In this document: in pieces, positions 40,845 through 54,054 of the stretch
How positions within the stretch are numbered: the stretch's first letter is position 1
How the letters are laid out: every line of letters starts with the position of its first letter
NCBI RefSeq assembly: GCF_009834535.1
Contig: NC_045697.1
Span: 26,414,001-26,478,000 of the forward strand
From: Camelus ferus
Lineage: Eukaryota
Length of the DNA: 64,000 bases
Direction of reading: 5' to 3'
The notes under the pieces: generated by a model
Told to the model about the DNA's origin: nothing
Database searches by the model: none
The model's input: only the letters and a program-made list of their open reading frames with translations
Position numbers and translations under genes: made by a program

Positions 40845-41295
40845 TAACAAGGAAAGTGCTGAATGACTTCCAAACAAATTTCTCTGAGACTGTTCCAAGC
40901 ATTTCCCATCCATTCACCAAATTCATCCTCAATTTCACAATGAAGAAATGACTTCCTTATTAACATTTCCCAAATTACAACCTCATGAAGATACTGATTA
41001 TATTGACACTGATATAAATGGAAGGCCAGAGAGTAAGGAAGCAAGGCATTGTCAGGCAGATCAGAACAGAGACTCATTTGGACTAATACTGGGCTCATCT
41101 GCATGCAATTTTGCAGACATAAGATTAGCAAAGAGTTATATGAGATACTCTTAGAAAAATTCAGAAGATAATATGTCAAATCCACCTGTAGAAGGATTAC
41201 AAACTCAGGTAGAGGATAAAACAGAACCAAAATGGAAAAATATGCATCATCAAGCAAAGTCAGTTCAGTTCCCAAACTTGCAAGTTATTCAACAG
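40845..41295 (+). pseudogene. Candidate decayed large exon, unidentified
   Basis: Branch-like gctaat and ttgtttttcag| acceptor. About 150 codons in one frame with only 3 stops (TGA, TGA, TAG); includes ORF 40948-41154. Confidence 0.3.
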
Positions 41296-41954
41296 TGGTT
41301 TGTTCATCTTTTGTGCATTTGTTTCTTCCTTCATCATTTATTCATTTGAACACTAGCTGAGAGTGTACTATGTACAAACCCATGTCCTAGAAAATGTCAG
41401 AAATACTAATAGGGGAGGACATTTTTTTTTTCTGCATCGATCTCTTCATTGCAAAATTAGGAATTAATTTGTTGATCTGGTGGGGAATATTGCCCTTAGC
41501 TACTGCGAGAAGCTATGAGGCAAAATAGACTTTAATCAAGTAAATTGACCTTTGTTAATGTAGATAGTTAGTTACCTGTACTTTCTGATGAGATGCCATA
41601 TAATAAAAGGGTCTCATGAGAAAAAGATAACAGGAATATGTTGTCTGCCAGTTGTACCACCTGGCAATGCCCTACACTGTTTATGAGCAGAGAATGTGTC
41701 ATTATTGTCTGAACTTTTATTTTGAAGTTTCCTTCTTTGCAAAGCACATGATGAGACCCAGGGGAAAAAGTTCTGATCTCCAGTGGAATAGACGGAGGAA
41801 CAAAGACTTTCTCTGAGATTTGAAGTCTGTTGTGAAGAAGCGAGACTTTTAGATGCTGAAATATCCTGACTCTTCTGACTGAGGAACGGGTAGGCCCGTT
41901 CCTCCCTATTGATTTTAGGGAAATGAGACCCAGCTATTTGCCAGCAGGTTCTGG

Positions 41955-42030
41955 ACACAGTCCATCCCAGAGGCAGGGGTCTGGACTGGATGACCTCTCA
42001 AGGTCCTTCCCGACTCTGTGATCTGATGCC
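41955..42030 (+). mobile_element. CR1/L3 LINE 3' tail remnant
   Basis: ggcaggggtctggactggatgacctctcaaggtccttcccgactctgtgat resembles the CR1 3' end ggcaggggg-ttggactagatgacctc..ggtcccttcc..ct..tgattct. Confidence 0.7.
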
Positions 42031-42979
42031 ATGGATTAAAACTTAGTGTCCTATTCTAAGACAAGAAATTAAATATTTATAGATAAAGTTTTCATCTAAT
42101 GATCTTGTTTCCTTTTATATTTAATTCTAGCAGTTGATTTGAGAAAGCCTAAAGGTTCTATTCAAAATTTTATGAATCCCTAGGCCCACCAGGTTGTTAA
42201 TTGGATGGTGTATTACTATAAAGGAAGTGAGAAATGCCTGGCATAATTGTATAACGTTTGTTTTCTCTGCTCTGTGGGGTTTCATTAGCAGATGGTTACT
42301 GAAAGCAGGCATCCTGGAGTCTGGACTGGTGAATATCATTCTTCTTAATTATTTAGCAACTAGCCTGCACAGGTCAGGCCTAAAACACAGATATGAAATT
42401 CAGAGCATCCTGGACAATAAATTGCCTTACCTAGAATTAGGTTTTTATTCTGTTCAATTAAGTAATGCTAGGGTTGCATAACACTAATTCATCAAAGACA
42501 CCGAGTGTTATTTACTTGTGAGTTACCATTAGGTTAGATTTATAAACTGTATCATTTTCAAAAGCCATCTAGTCACCATTTATATACTTAACTCCATGAA
42601 TATACTAAAAACTGAACTGAGGCATTTCTCCAAAAGTAACTTTTAGAGAAAGATTCTTCTGCTAGAGTTGATGAGATGAGTGATTAAATAAACAATATAA
42701 AGCAACAAGTAAATAGTAGCTATCATAGTAAGCCTGTTGGTGATATCCTAAACCCTGGAATTCATCTAAATTGTTGGGTTTGCTAGACCTCCAGTCCTAT
42801 CCCAACTTAATCAAGATCATTATGCCTTTGGTCACATTCTAATTCTAACTCTTTACATATAAGAAAATGACATAATAATTCTGTAAATAATATCAGTCAT
42901 GTGTTGGTCGATGTTGAAACTTGGTGATAGTTGCATAACAGCTCATTAATCTGTTGATTCTTTTTGTATTTTAAAAACA

Positions 42980-43462
42980 TATTTATACAATGGAATACAA
43001 CACAGCCATAAAAAATGAAAAATAATGCCATCTGCAGCAACATGGATGGCCCTGGAGAATGTCATTCTAGATGAAGTAAGCCAGAAAGAGAAAGAAAAAT
43101 ACCATATGATATCACTCATATGCAGAACCTAAAAAAAAAAAGACAAATGAACTTATTTATAAAGCAGAAACAGACTCACAGACATTGAAAACAAACTTAT
43201 GGTTACCAGGGGGGAAGAGGATGGGAAAGGATAAATTGGGAGTTTGAGATCTGCAGATACTGACTGGTATATATAAAATAAATAAACAAGTTTATACTGT
43301 ATAGCACAGGGAACTATATTCAATATCTTGTAGTAGCTTACAGTGAAAAAGAATATGAAAACAAATATATGTATATTCATGTATGACTGAAGCATTGTGC
43401 TGTACACCAGAAATTGACATATTGTAAACTGACTATACTTCAATTAAAAAAAGTTAAAAAAA
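42980..43462 (+). mobile_element. Young L1 3' end (camelid type), inside an older L1 tail
   Basis: tacaatggaatac..gcagcaacatggatggccctggag..gtacaccagaaattgacatattgtaaactgactatacttcaattaaaaaaa; same family as 2353. Confidence 0.93.
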
Positions 43463-44019
43463 TTTTTTTTAATTTTTTCTATTATAAGTAAAGAAAAAGA
43501 TTTAAAATTTGTAATAGTTGTGCCGTAAATATATAAAATAGAAAATAATAAATGTAAAAAGTAGTAAATAATTGTTGTGAATGTTGAATATCTAATCCAG
43601 GACTCAGCTGTCATGCTAGATAATGACAACTTGATTATGCTTTGTTTCTGGAGCTTTATCACGTGGATGCTAAAGCTGAAGTGGATTTCCAATTGGTAGA
43701 GCACACTGCAGCCCCAAATTCCTGAGCTCAAGGGGTCCAGCTCTTACAGTTTCCATTGTGGCAAACAACTGTACCACCACCAATTTTACCCATGTTAATC
43801 TGACTGCACCAACTGTCCTCCTTGAAACAAAGTAGCAATCAACTTGATAATGTATCCTTATATTGAATTTTCCTTCTCCCCTTCCTCATTCCTGTTACTT
43901 TCTACTCTTGCTCTTTGAGATTAACTCCCTAATAAAGGGTAGTACACAAGATTTACCTCAGGCATTTCAGACTCCATTCATAACTCTGTTGGAAATTCAT
44001 AGCTCTGTTGGAAATTTAA

Positions 44020-46470
44020 AAGCATCCAATGAAGTCCAACACTCATTCATAATAAAAACTCTCAGTAAACTAAGAATAGAGGGGAACTTCCTCAACTGGA
44101 TAAAGAATGTCTACAAAAAAAAAAAAACAAAAAACCCTATAGCTAACATCATACTTAATGGTGAAAATTCAAAGTTTCCTTGCTAAAATCAGGAATAAGT
44201 CTAGAATGTACACTTTTACCACTCCTTTCAACATTGTTCTAGAAAGTCCTAGCTAATGCAATAAGATAAGAAAACAAAATAAAAGGTATAGAGATTGGGA
44301 AGGAAGAAATATAACTCCTTTGTTTGCAGATGACATGATTGTGTATGTAGAAATTTGAAAGATTAGACAAAAAAAAAAACTTCTGGAACTAATAAGGAAT
44401 TATAGCAAGGTTTCAAGCTACAAGATTAATATACAAAAGGCAATTACTTTCCTGTATACCAGCAATGAACAAATAGGATTGGAAACGAAAAACAAGCTAC
44501 CATTACATCAGCACCCCCAAAGAATGAAATGTTTATGTATTAATATAACAAAATATTTACAAGATCTACGTCAAGAAAACAACAAAACTCTGATAAAAGA
44601 AATTTAAAAATACCTAAATTGAGATATATTCTGTGTTCTCAGACAGTAAGATTCAATATAGTTAAGATGTCAGTTCTTCCCAGCTTGATCTGTAGATTCA
44701 ACACACTAACAATCAAAATCTCAACAAGTTATTTTGTGTATATTAACACATTCTAATGTTTATACAGCCTATATAGAGAGGCAAAAGACCCCAGAATAGC
44801 CAACAAAATATTAAAGGAAAAAAGGAAAAGGAACAAAGTTAGAAGACTGACAACACCTGGTTTCAAGTCTTATTATAAAGCCATAGTAATCAACGCAATG
44901 TGGTACTGCCAAAAGAACAGACAAATAGATCAGTGGGACAGAATAGAGAGCCCAGAAATAGACCAACATAAATATAAGTAACTGATCTTTGACGGGGGAG
45001 CAAAGGCAATACAATGGGGCAAACACAGTCCTTTTAACAAATAGTGCTGAAACAACTGAAAATCCACAGGCAAAAAAAGAGTGAATCCAGACAGACCCTA
45101 CACTATTCACAAAAATTAACTCAAAATATAACACTGAACCAAATGTAAACACAAAACTATGAAACTCCTAGAAGACAACATAGGAGAAAACCTAGATGAC
45201 ACTGGGTATGATGATGACTTTTTAGACACAACACAAAGGCAGAATGCATGAAAGAAATAATAGGTCAGGTGGACTTCATTAAAATTGGAAATTTCTACTC
45301 TTTGAAAGACACTGACAAGAGACTACAAACATAAGCCACGACCTGGGAGAAAATATTTACAAGAGATACATCTGAAACTTAAAACTCAACAAAGAGGAAA
45401 CAAACAACCTGATTAAAAAATTGGCCAAAGACCTTAACAGACACCTCACCAAAGAAGATATACAGACAGCAAATAAGCATGGGAAAAGATGTTTCACATT
45501 ACATGTCATATGGAAAATGCAAATTGAAACAATGAGATACATTACACATTTAGGAGAATGGCCAAAATCAAGAACACTGACAACACGAAATGCTGGTGAG
45601 GATGGGGAATAATAGGAACTCTCATTCATTGGTGGTAGTAGAAATGAAAAATGGTACAGTCACCTTGGAAGACAATTTGGCAGTATCCTACAAAAGTAAA
45701 TGTATACCATACAATCAAGCAATCACATTCTTTAGCATTTACCCGAATGAGTTGAAATATGATGTCCACAGAAAAATCTAAACACAGATGTTTATAGCAG
45801 CTTTGTTCATAATTGCCAAAACTTGGAAGCATCCAATATGTTTTCAACAGGGGAATGGATAAACCGTTGTACATCCAGACAAGGAACATAATTTAGCACG
45901 AAAAGGAATGAGTTATCAAGCCATGAAAAGACATAGAGGAATCTCAAATGTACATTACTAAGCAAAAGAAGCCAGTCAGAAAAGGTTTCACACTATATTA
46001 TTTCAAATATATAATGTTCTGGAAAGAGCAAAAACAATGTAGATAATATAAAAATCAGTGGTTGCCAGGGGTTACAAGGGAGGATGGGATGAATAGGTGA
46101 AGCACAGAGAATTGGGAGTGGGAGGCAGTGAAACAATTCTGTATGACACTACAATGGAGGATATATGTCATTATACATTTGTTAAAACCCACAGAATGTA
46201 CAACATCAAGAATGTACCCTAATGTAAACTAAGGACTTTGGATGATAATGATGTGTCAATACAGTATCCTTACTGCTCTGATGATGGTAGGTCCATCAAT
46301 TGTAACAAGTGTTACAGTTCTTTCGCAGGATGTCAATAGTGAGAGAAGTTGTGCTTTGTTTGTAGGGGGTAGAGGGTATATGGGAACTCTGTACCTTCTG
46401 ATCAGTTTTGCTTTGAAACTAAAACTGCTCTAAAAAATAAATTCTACTTAAAAGGAAAAAATAATTTTTT
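44020..46470 (+). mobile_element. 5'-truncated L1 (L1MC1-like), ORF2 RT region plus 3' UTR
   Basis: ttgtttgcagatgacatgatt (LFADDM) near 44320; 3' UTR aaacccacagaatgtacaac..ctaaaactgctctaaaaaataaa. Confidence 0.92.
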
Positions 46471-47185
46471 AAATAAAAAAATATGATCTTCATTTGAAAA
46501 CATTACTTAAGATGATTCTCAGGCACTAAACATTGAGAATCACCTACCTATGTTTTGGGATGGTCATAAAAGAAATTTTATGCCCACCTTTTCAAAATAT
46601 GAGAAACCAGGAATGCAAGTCAGTCTCTAAATCATAACTTTTTAAAATAGAAAAAGGAGTATAATTCACAAGTCCACAAGCCATTCCTAACTTTTTGCTC
46701 TACTCCTAAGAGACAAGTTAATGATCTGAACCTCTACCCTAGCCTGGCTATGACATGCACAGAAAAATATTTGGATGAATGAATTAATTAATAGACACTG
46801 CCTCCTATTTGGAGACCATTTCTAAAATTTGAGCTGTGCTACTTAAGAAAAAAGAATCCCCACCTATGGGAACTGGATTTCTAATTTCACATCTGTTAAA
46901 ATCTAAATAGGATTACTTTATTCTATTTATGCCAACTGCATTAGTCCCCTCATAGGAAAATATCCCATAAATGCCTAACAATCTTTTAACAATCCACTAG
47001 AAAATTATTTTAGTTTCTGGAATTTCTTATTTGTGTCAGAATTCAATTTGCTATAAGCATGTTCTCATTATGCTGAAAGATAATACTTTGTCTATAGGAG
47101 TTGTCTTTCAAAATCTTCAAAGTAATGTGATTTTTAAGATACATACAGTTAATTTTGGATAATGAATCCCTTCCACAAGACTTAC

Positions 47186-47251
47186 ATGGATTTAACATTT
47201 TCTGATTTGAATTAATTGTGTCTCTCCATTTTCCAGTGCCAACATATACCA
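47186..47251 (-). other. Candidate 66-nt symmetric (phase 1-1) exon
   Basis: ttttcccttcag|TG GTA TAT...CCA T|gtaagt; VYVGTGKWRDTINSNQKMLNP is open. Confidence 0.25.
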
Positions 47252-47879
47252 CTGAAGGGAAAACTCACCCTACTATGTAAAGCCTCTACTGTGAAGTTTC
47301 ATGTATCATGACAAATACATTTTGGCCTAATTTTAGATTAATAAGTTCTGCCTAGGTCAAGGGAAACTTACTGTGTGCTCCTGATATAAACAGAGTATAG
47401 GGCAAAAGAATATGACATTCAACCAAGCTGTCTTTATCTGTCATGCCTGAGGGAATGGTCACATAAAAGGGATGTAGTCTCAAGGTGATCATGTCATAAA
47501 GAAGGCTCAGGACACTTGTTCTAATATAAAATCAGCCATGGGATGTGTTCACTTGACAGCTCACCCCATGAGACTAATTCACAAGATGCAGAGTGAATGA
47601 TATGTGAAAACTAACTTTACTATCTTTACTGAGCCCTGGCAAAAGAACAAAGGAAAACAATGTATAGATATATTAAGTTAAGCCAAGAGAAAAACTGAAG
47701 AGTCATACTGAGAGAATCTGTGTGTTTATATATGCATGTATACACACATGGGTATATATATTTTTGTGTTTTATACAATACATGTGTATTATTTGGTATA
47801 TACATTATGTACCATATATTATTAAATATATAATTATATAATGTATATATTGAGTTGTTTTACTGAAATCTGTAAGACT

Positions 47880-48690
47880 GAGAGATTTAAATTCCAATAT
47901 GGCAATCTCTCAGTAAAAGATGGCTAAAGAAGCAGACAGTTCACAAAAAAAAGGAAAAAAAAGAAAAGAAAAGAAACCTGAATGACTAATGAATATTTGA
48001 GAAGACATTCAACTTTATCAGCAATCAAAAATGCAAACAAAAATAAGAACCATTTTACTGATAATACTGGTGAAAAGAAAAAAAATATGAAAGCAAGTTT
48101 TGGTAAAACTGAAGGGAAACTGGAATTCCCATAAATGCTACTGGAATATAAATGGGCTTGACCACTGTGCAAAGCAGTTTGGAAGAAGCAGTATCTGTAC
48201 CCTCAACATAGAAATTGTGCTGATAAACAACCTGGAAGGAACTTACCCGGAGCTATGTAAAAAGTTGTTCACTGCAGAATTATTTTTAACACTTAAAGTT
48301 GTAAATAATCTAAATTTCATCAACAGAGAGAAAAAATAAATGTAAGTATTTTCAAATACTAGACATCTGATCCAGATCTATTTAAATGTCTATGTTAATA
48401 GATGTCAAAACAATGGTGTGAATGAACAAAGTAAGTTGCAGAATATGTATACCATAATTCAGTTACATGTAGATTTTCAAAAACGATTTAAAGCAGTATT
48501 TCCTGTGAGTATATATATATTTCTTTCATTTAAAAACAAGGTGGAGATACATATTTAGTGTAAATCAATATGTATACTAAATCCATGGCAATGGATGACT
48601 CTGGGTAGATGGAGGAAGGGGATAGGAATATCACTGAGATGAGAGGCAGAGGGACTTCATCTTAGTTTGTAATGCTTTAATTCTTTTACT
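47880..48690 (+). mobile_element. Ancient L1ME 3' remnant
   Basis: gaagacattcaactttatcagcaatcaaaaatgcaaa; ttgttcactgcagaattattt; gtaagttgcagaata. Confidence 0.55.
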
Positions 48691-48704
48691 TTAAGAAAGA
48701 CAAA

Positions 48705-48998
48705 TCATCACAGACATAGAGAACAAACTTATCTTTACCAGGGAGAAAGTCGAGGTGGAGGGATAAATTGGGAACTCAGGATTTGCAGATACTAACTACT
48801 ATATATAAAATAGATAAACACATGGTCCTATTCTACATCACATGGAGTTATATTCAATATCTTATAATAGCCTATAATGAAAAAGAATATGAAAAGGAAT
48901 ATAGATATGTATATATGTATAACTGAATCACTATGCTATACACCAGAAATTAACACAACATTGTAAACCCACCATACTTCAATAAAAAGAAAAAAGAT
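48705..48998 (+). mobile_element. Young L1 3' end (camelid type)
   Basis: tcacagacatagagaacaaactt..atacaccagaaattaacacaacattgtaaa..cttcaataaaaagaaaaaa. Confidence 0.92.
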
Positions 48999-49617
48999 TT
49001 GACACTGAAAAAAATCAAATATACCTGAGTATTAGGAAGAATTAATTCTGGAGAGTGTACATGGTTTTTTATTATTTTATATATTGTACTCTTTTTTAAT
49101 GTTTTAAAAATAGAAATGTTATATTTGAGGAAATATAAGCATGATAGTAGATGAATGAAGACATGAATTCATCTATGAATCTGTCTCATAATTTTCTTGA
49201 TTATTGGAATAGTATCTCAAAAGTGAATTTATGTTTCAAAATATGAATTTCTGTATCAGTGCTCTGGATAATTCTTATCCATTTCCTTGGAAGAAGCGGA
49301 AAATCTCATAAGTTAGTAAATTTACATTACTGAAAATGTGAAACAATGCTAGTATCAGACTACAAGTGTAATTAATTTTTGTATATTGGGTAAAATAGTA
49401 TCCAGCCCTGTGCAGCATATAATTTTTTAAAAAAGAGGCTTATCTAGTAGAGTATATAATCCCAGAATTACTACTTAGGTTCAATTTATAAAATTACAGA
49501 CTAAGATTTTAACCATAGTCCCCTCTTTTATGTTATTAATTGAAGCAATAGTTTCCATTATTTTAAACTGTGCACTTAATCAGTTAAAAAGTAAACTAAA
49601 AGAGTATTTACCTCCAG

Positions 49618-51180
49618 AATCTTAGTCTGTTTGAACTTCTCTAACAAATACCACAGACTGGATAGTTTATAAAGAACAGAAATTTATTTCTTACAGTTCT
49701 AGAGCCAGGAAGTCCAAGACTAAGGTACCAGCAACTTCAGTGTCTGGTCAGAGTGGCTATCTGGTTCACAGATGGTATTTTTTAAATTAAAGTATAGCTG
49801 ATTTACAATATTACATCAGTTTCAAGTGTATAGCATAGTGATTCAGTATTTTTACAGATTATATGCCATTAAAAGTTATTACAAGATAATGGCTAAAATT
49901 CCCTGTGCTATACAATATATTTTGGTTGTTTACTGCTTTTATACATAGTAGTTTGTATCTCTTAATCCCATATCCTTAATTTGCCCTAACCCATTGGTAA
50001 CCACTAGTTTTCTATAACTGAGTCTGTTTCTGTTTTGCATATACATGCATTTGTATTATTTTTAGATTCCACATGTAAATGATACTACACAGTATTTGTC
50101 TTTATCTAACTTATTTCACTAAGCATAGTATTCTCTAGGTCAATGCATATTGCTGCAAATGGCAGCATTTCATTGTTTTTTATGGCTGAGTAATACTCCA
50201 CTGTATATGTACACCACATCTTCTTTATCCATTCATCTGTTGATGGACACTTAAGTTGCTTCTACATCTTGGCTATTGTAAATAATGCTGCTATGAACAT
50301 TGGGGTGCACGTAACTTTCCAAATTAGTATTTTTTTTTCAGACATATACCTGGAGTGGAAATGCTGGATCATATAGTAGCTTTATTTTTAGTTTTCTGAG
50401 GATCTTCCAAACTGTTTTTCATAGTGGCCGCACCAATTTACATCCCTACCAACAGTGTACAAGGGTTCCCTTTTCTCCACATCCTCTCCAACATCTGTTA
50501 TTTGTAGCCTTTTTATAACAGACATATTGGCAGGTTTGAGGTGATATCCCACTACTATTTTAATTTGCATTTCTCCAATAATTAGTGATGCTGAGCATCT
50601 TTTCATGTGACTATTTGCCATCAATATGTCTTCTTTGGAAAAATGTCTATTTAGGTCTTCAACCCATTTATATTTTATTTGGTTTCTTATTTTTCATATT
50701 GAGTTGTATGAGCCGTTTATATATTTTTGATATTAACCCATCATTGGTCATATCAAGCAAATATTCTCTCCCATTCCGTAGGCTGTATTTTTGTTTTGTC
50801 AGAGGTTTCCTTTGCTGTGCCAAAGCTTTTAAGTTTAATTAGGTTTCATTTGTTTATTTTTGCTTTTATTTCTTTTGCATTAGAAAACAGATTCAAAAAA
50901 ATACTGCTATGATTTAAAGACCTAAACATATGAACTGAAACCACAAAACTACTAGAAGACAACATAGATGGAACACTCTGACATGAATTGTAGATCACAT
51001 TTTTTTCATTGTGTCTTCACATGATAGAAGGATTAAGAGATCTCTCTGGGAACTCTTTTATCAGAGCACTAATCACCTCCCAAAGGACTTACCTCAATAC
51101 CATCACCTTGGTGGTTAGGATTTCAACATACGAATTTGTGGGAAGGAGGGGGAGGGACATAAACATTTAGTGCATTACAC
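49618..51180 (-). mobile_element. MLT1A-like LTR split by an L1 insertion (49618-49775 and about 51000-51180)
   Basis: The left half ends ggttcacagatgg; the right half resumes cattgtgtcttcacatg..ctaatcacctcccaaag..aacatttag. Confidence 0.85.
49778..50995 (-). mobile_element. L1 with 5' inversion (twin priming)
   Basis: Antisense L1 at 49778-50910, then a sense L1 piece at 50911-50995 whose end (gacatgaattgtag) is contiguous in L1 with the start of the non-inverted part. Confidence 0.88.
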
Positions 51181-52514
51181 CCAGTTTGTTTGTTTGTTCA
51201 CTTATAATTTATATACAATGTGCTGTTGTCAATTTGTATTAAATATTAGAAAAATCTGAGTTTCTTTCTTATCTTTACATATAGAAGTTCCAGTAATCTC
51301 ATCCTGAACATGCTAATGAATCATCTCTCATTGTACTTTGGAGACATCAGGACTATACAAGCGTAGAATAAAGTATAAATTTATTTTTGTCCATTATGCT
51401 TTTTAATCTGGCTCCATGGAAAGTGTTCAACTATGTCCCTTTTCTCTTTCAATCTGTATTGCTACTAGTAGTTAGCACTTACTACTCCACATCATAGCTG
51501 GTGTATTTTAGCCACTAGTTTGCCCAGCCCTCCATCAGTATGACTCCCTCAGTATATGGGTCGTGTCTGTTGTACTTACTATTGAACTCCCATCATGCAA
51601 TACAGGGACTAGGTGGGTACTCCTTAAAACTTTTTTGAGAGAATGAATGAATCTTAAGTTATATGTTTATAGGGAATATTTTAAAAATATGGATGGGTGA
51701 TTTCTTTTAAATGTACATTCAGATTTACTGCAACATGTGTTTTATCCTTTGACCATCTCATAATGTGCTTCTATATTACATGTGGACTTCTTTAAGCTGA
51801 AGGTGAGAACAACAGGAAAAGTAGCCAGATATTTACCAGTGAGATGTGTCTGGCTTCTGGTCAAACAGAATCAAAAGCACTGAAATCTTGAGTTCAGGTC
51901 AGGTAAGCTGATTCTTCACAATTTCCCAAACCCTGAATTTCTGAATCTAGCAGGAACTTTTCAGACTACAGATGACTCCTAGCTATTCAAGGATCCTTCA
52001 GTACTTCTTTGGTGACATGTATATGTCCAAGACTGTGCCAAAGTCAAAGCTATATGAACAAAAGCATGTTCTCTCATGTAGGATTTCAAGATAGTCATTT
52101 TTACAAGAAATATGGTAAGAACAGTGCACTCAATTTTCTCAATGCTCAGTGCTTAGACTGATATGTGATTTTTTTTCAATGTAGGTGGAGTAAATAAACA
52201 GCCATGAACTCAATTGTCACTGAGAAGAGTGAATGGAACTGAAAGACAACTATCTAGGCTGCTAAGACCAAATCTTCAACCAAATTTCAGGAGAAGAAGC
52301 CAGGGATGAGTTTATATTTTTAAATGGATTATAAGATTTTTGGAAAATTTATTATTTTTATCCTCTTTGATCAGCTTCTTTTGGTTTTAGTCACTACTTT
52401 CTTGAGAATAGTGCAAATATGTTAAAAGAAGCTTTTTCTACATGTGGCCTTTTATTCCTAAGTATCTATAAAAAGAAAGTATACTTCTGAATAAATTGAT
52501 TGTAATTATATGTA

Positions 52515-52649
52515 CAGTGGGCAACTCATAGCCGTGGCTGCAGAACCCATGGATACAAATGGCCGGCTGTAAGGGACTTGAGCATCTACGGATTTTGGTA
52601 TCCACAGGGGTCCTGGAACCATTCCCCTGAGGATGCCAAGGAGCCACTG
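52515..52649. mobile_element. Short MER2/Tigger-type (TcMar) DNA transposon
   Basis: TA|cagt...actg|TA; contains the MER2 end gggacttgagcatc..ggattttggtatcc..ggggtcctggaacc. Confidence 0.85.
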
Positions 52650-53744
52650 TAATCTGATATAAAAGAAAAAAATGTACCATCTTGACAATGTAATATATAG
52701 AAAACTAAATGAGTTTTCCAATTATGTTTAACAAAATTTGATTCTTGTTTTTGACTTCTGCAGATAATGAAGAAAAATGCATTTATGTTTTTTCTTTCCT
52801 CCACTTATTTATTTATTTTGTCACCATTTAGTTAGTCTGTTCTACATAGCTAATCTAACCCCTGTTTAATTCCTGAAGTAACTGAAGAGTGAAGTATTCA
52901 GGCAGAGTAGGGTGGTGGTGAGGTGGAAAGACACATGGTGCAGGTGGATTGTCCTATGAGATACTGCTCTAACCCTAACCTGGAGATTGTAGGATGGAAA
53001 ATAGGAGCCCAGCAATGCAAAAATAAAGTTATGAATCTGTCACACAGCATCAACTTTCTATATTTCATCCTACTGAAAACTCTATCTGGTTATTTATCTC
53101 ACATGGAAATCATTGGGAAGTCAAGCCCAAAACTTTCACATCACAGCTCTGTGCCTACTGCTTCAGAAAACACACCCCTTGCCATTGGGAAGGATTACTG
53201 TATTCAATAACAGTGTTTACACTGGAATCTGTCTCACCTCCTACTGTCTCAAGATAGGGTGTGGTGACATATAAGACTAGCAAGTGAGTAAACATGTCAT
53301 TTTCTCAATCAGCCTTCCCCTGGGGGAGTCCTGAGCTTGGCAACACATGGGATATTTACCAGATCTATGGACATTTGCCTATACTTCAAAGAAAGGTACT
53401 TTTTCTCTTTGCATTTTATCCAACAGAATCCAGTTATAAATCCATATGCTCAAGGAATTCTGAAAATTATTGTGTCCAAAATGTAATTGTATATATTCAG
53501 AATGTCCTTACATCTTTATGGTCAGTTTCAACACTCTAGTCAGGACACTTTTAATTCTACTCTTTATGCTTTAATGTCTCTACCCTGGAATTCTTATGAG
53601 TAACAAAAAAGGTATAAGGGGGTAGTGGATAAGATCACAGACTCCTGTACAGTTGGCTACCACATTATTGACCCATATGAATGAGTTCTAATACATCAAA
53701 TTTGGCTTAGCAGTAATTAGCTGACTAGCAATGATTTGAAGATC

Positions 53745-54050
53745 TTACATGCTAGAGCTTCTTCATCAAATGGTACCTCATCAGATAGGTCTTTTCTGGT
53801 TATCTTATCTAATGAAGCATCTTGTTATTCTCTGTCCCCTTGCCTTATTTATGTTTCTTTATAGCATTTATAATACTCAACATGGTAAATAAATTTTTTC
53901 ATTTATTTGTGTATTACTGGCCTGCCCCCAGCAGAATATAAGTATCATGACAGACAAGACTCTATTTTGTTTATTGTTGGATCCCCAACATCCAGAACAG
54001 AATCTGACACAAAACAGTGCTCAATACAACCATGCTGAATGAATAAATGC
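53745..54050 (+). mobile_element. L2 3' fragment
   Basis: ttttgtttattgttggatccccaacatccagaacag..tgctcaata..tgaatgaataaatg. Confidence 0.75.
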
Positions 54051-54054
54051 TTGG

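Noticed and set aside
43863..46433. Functional L1 ORF2
   Set aside because: 5'-truncated with many stops and frameshifts; only short RT fragments remain open.
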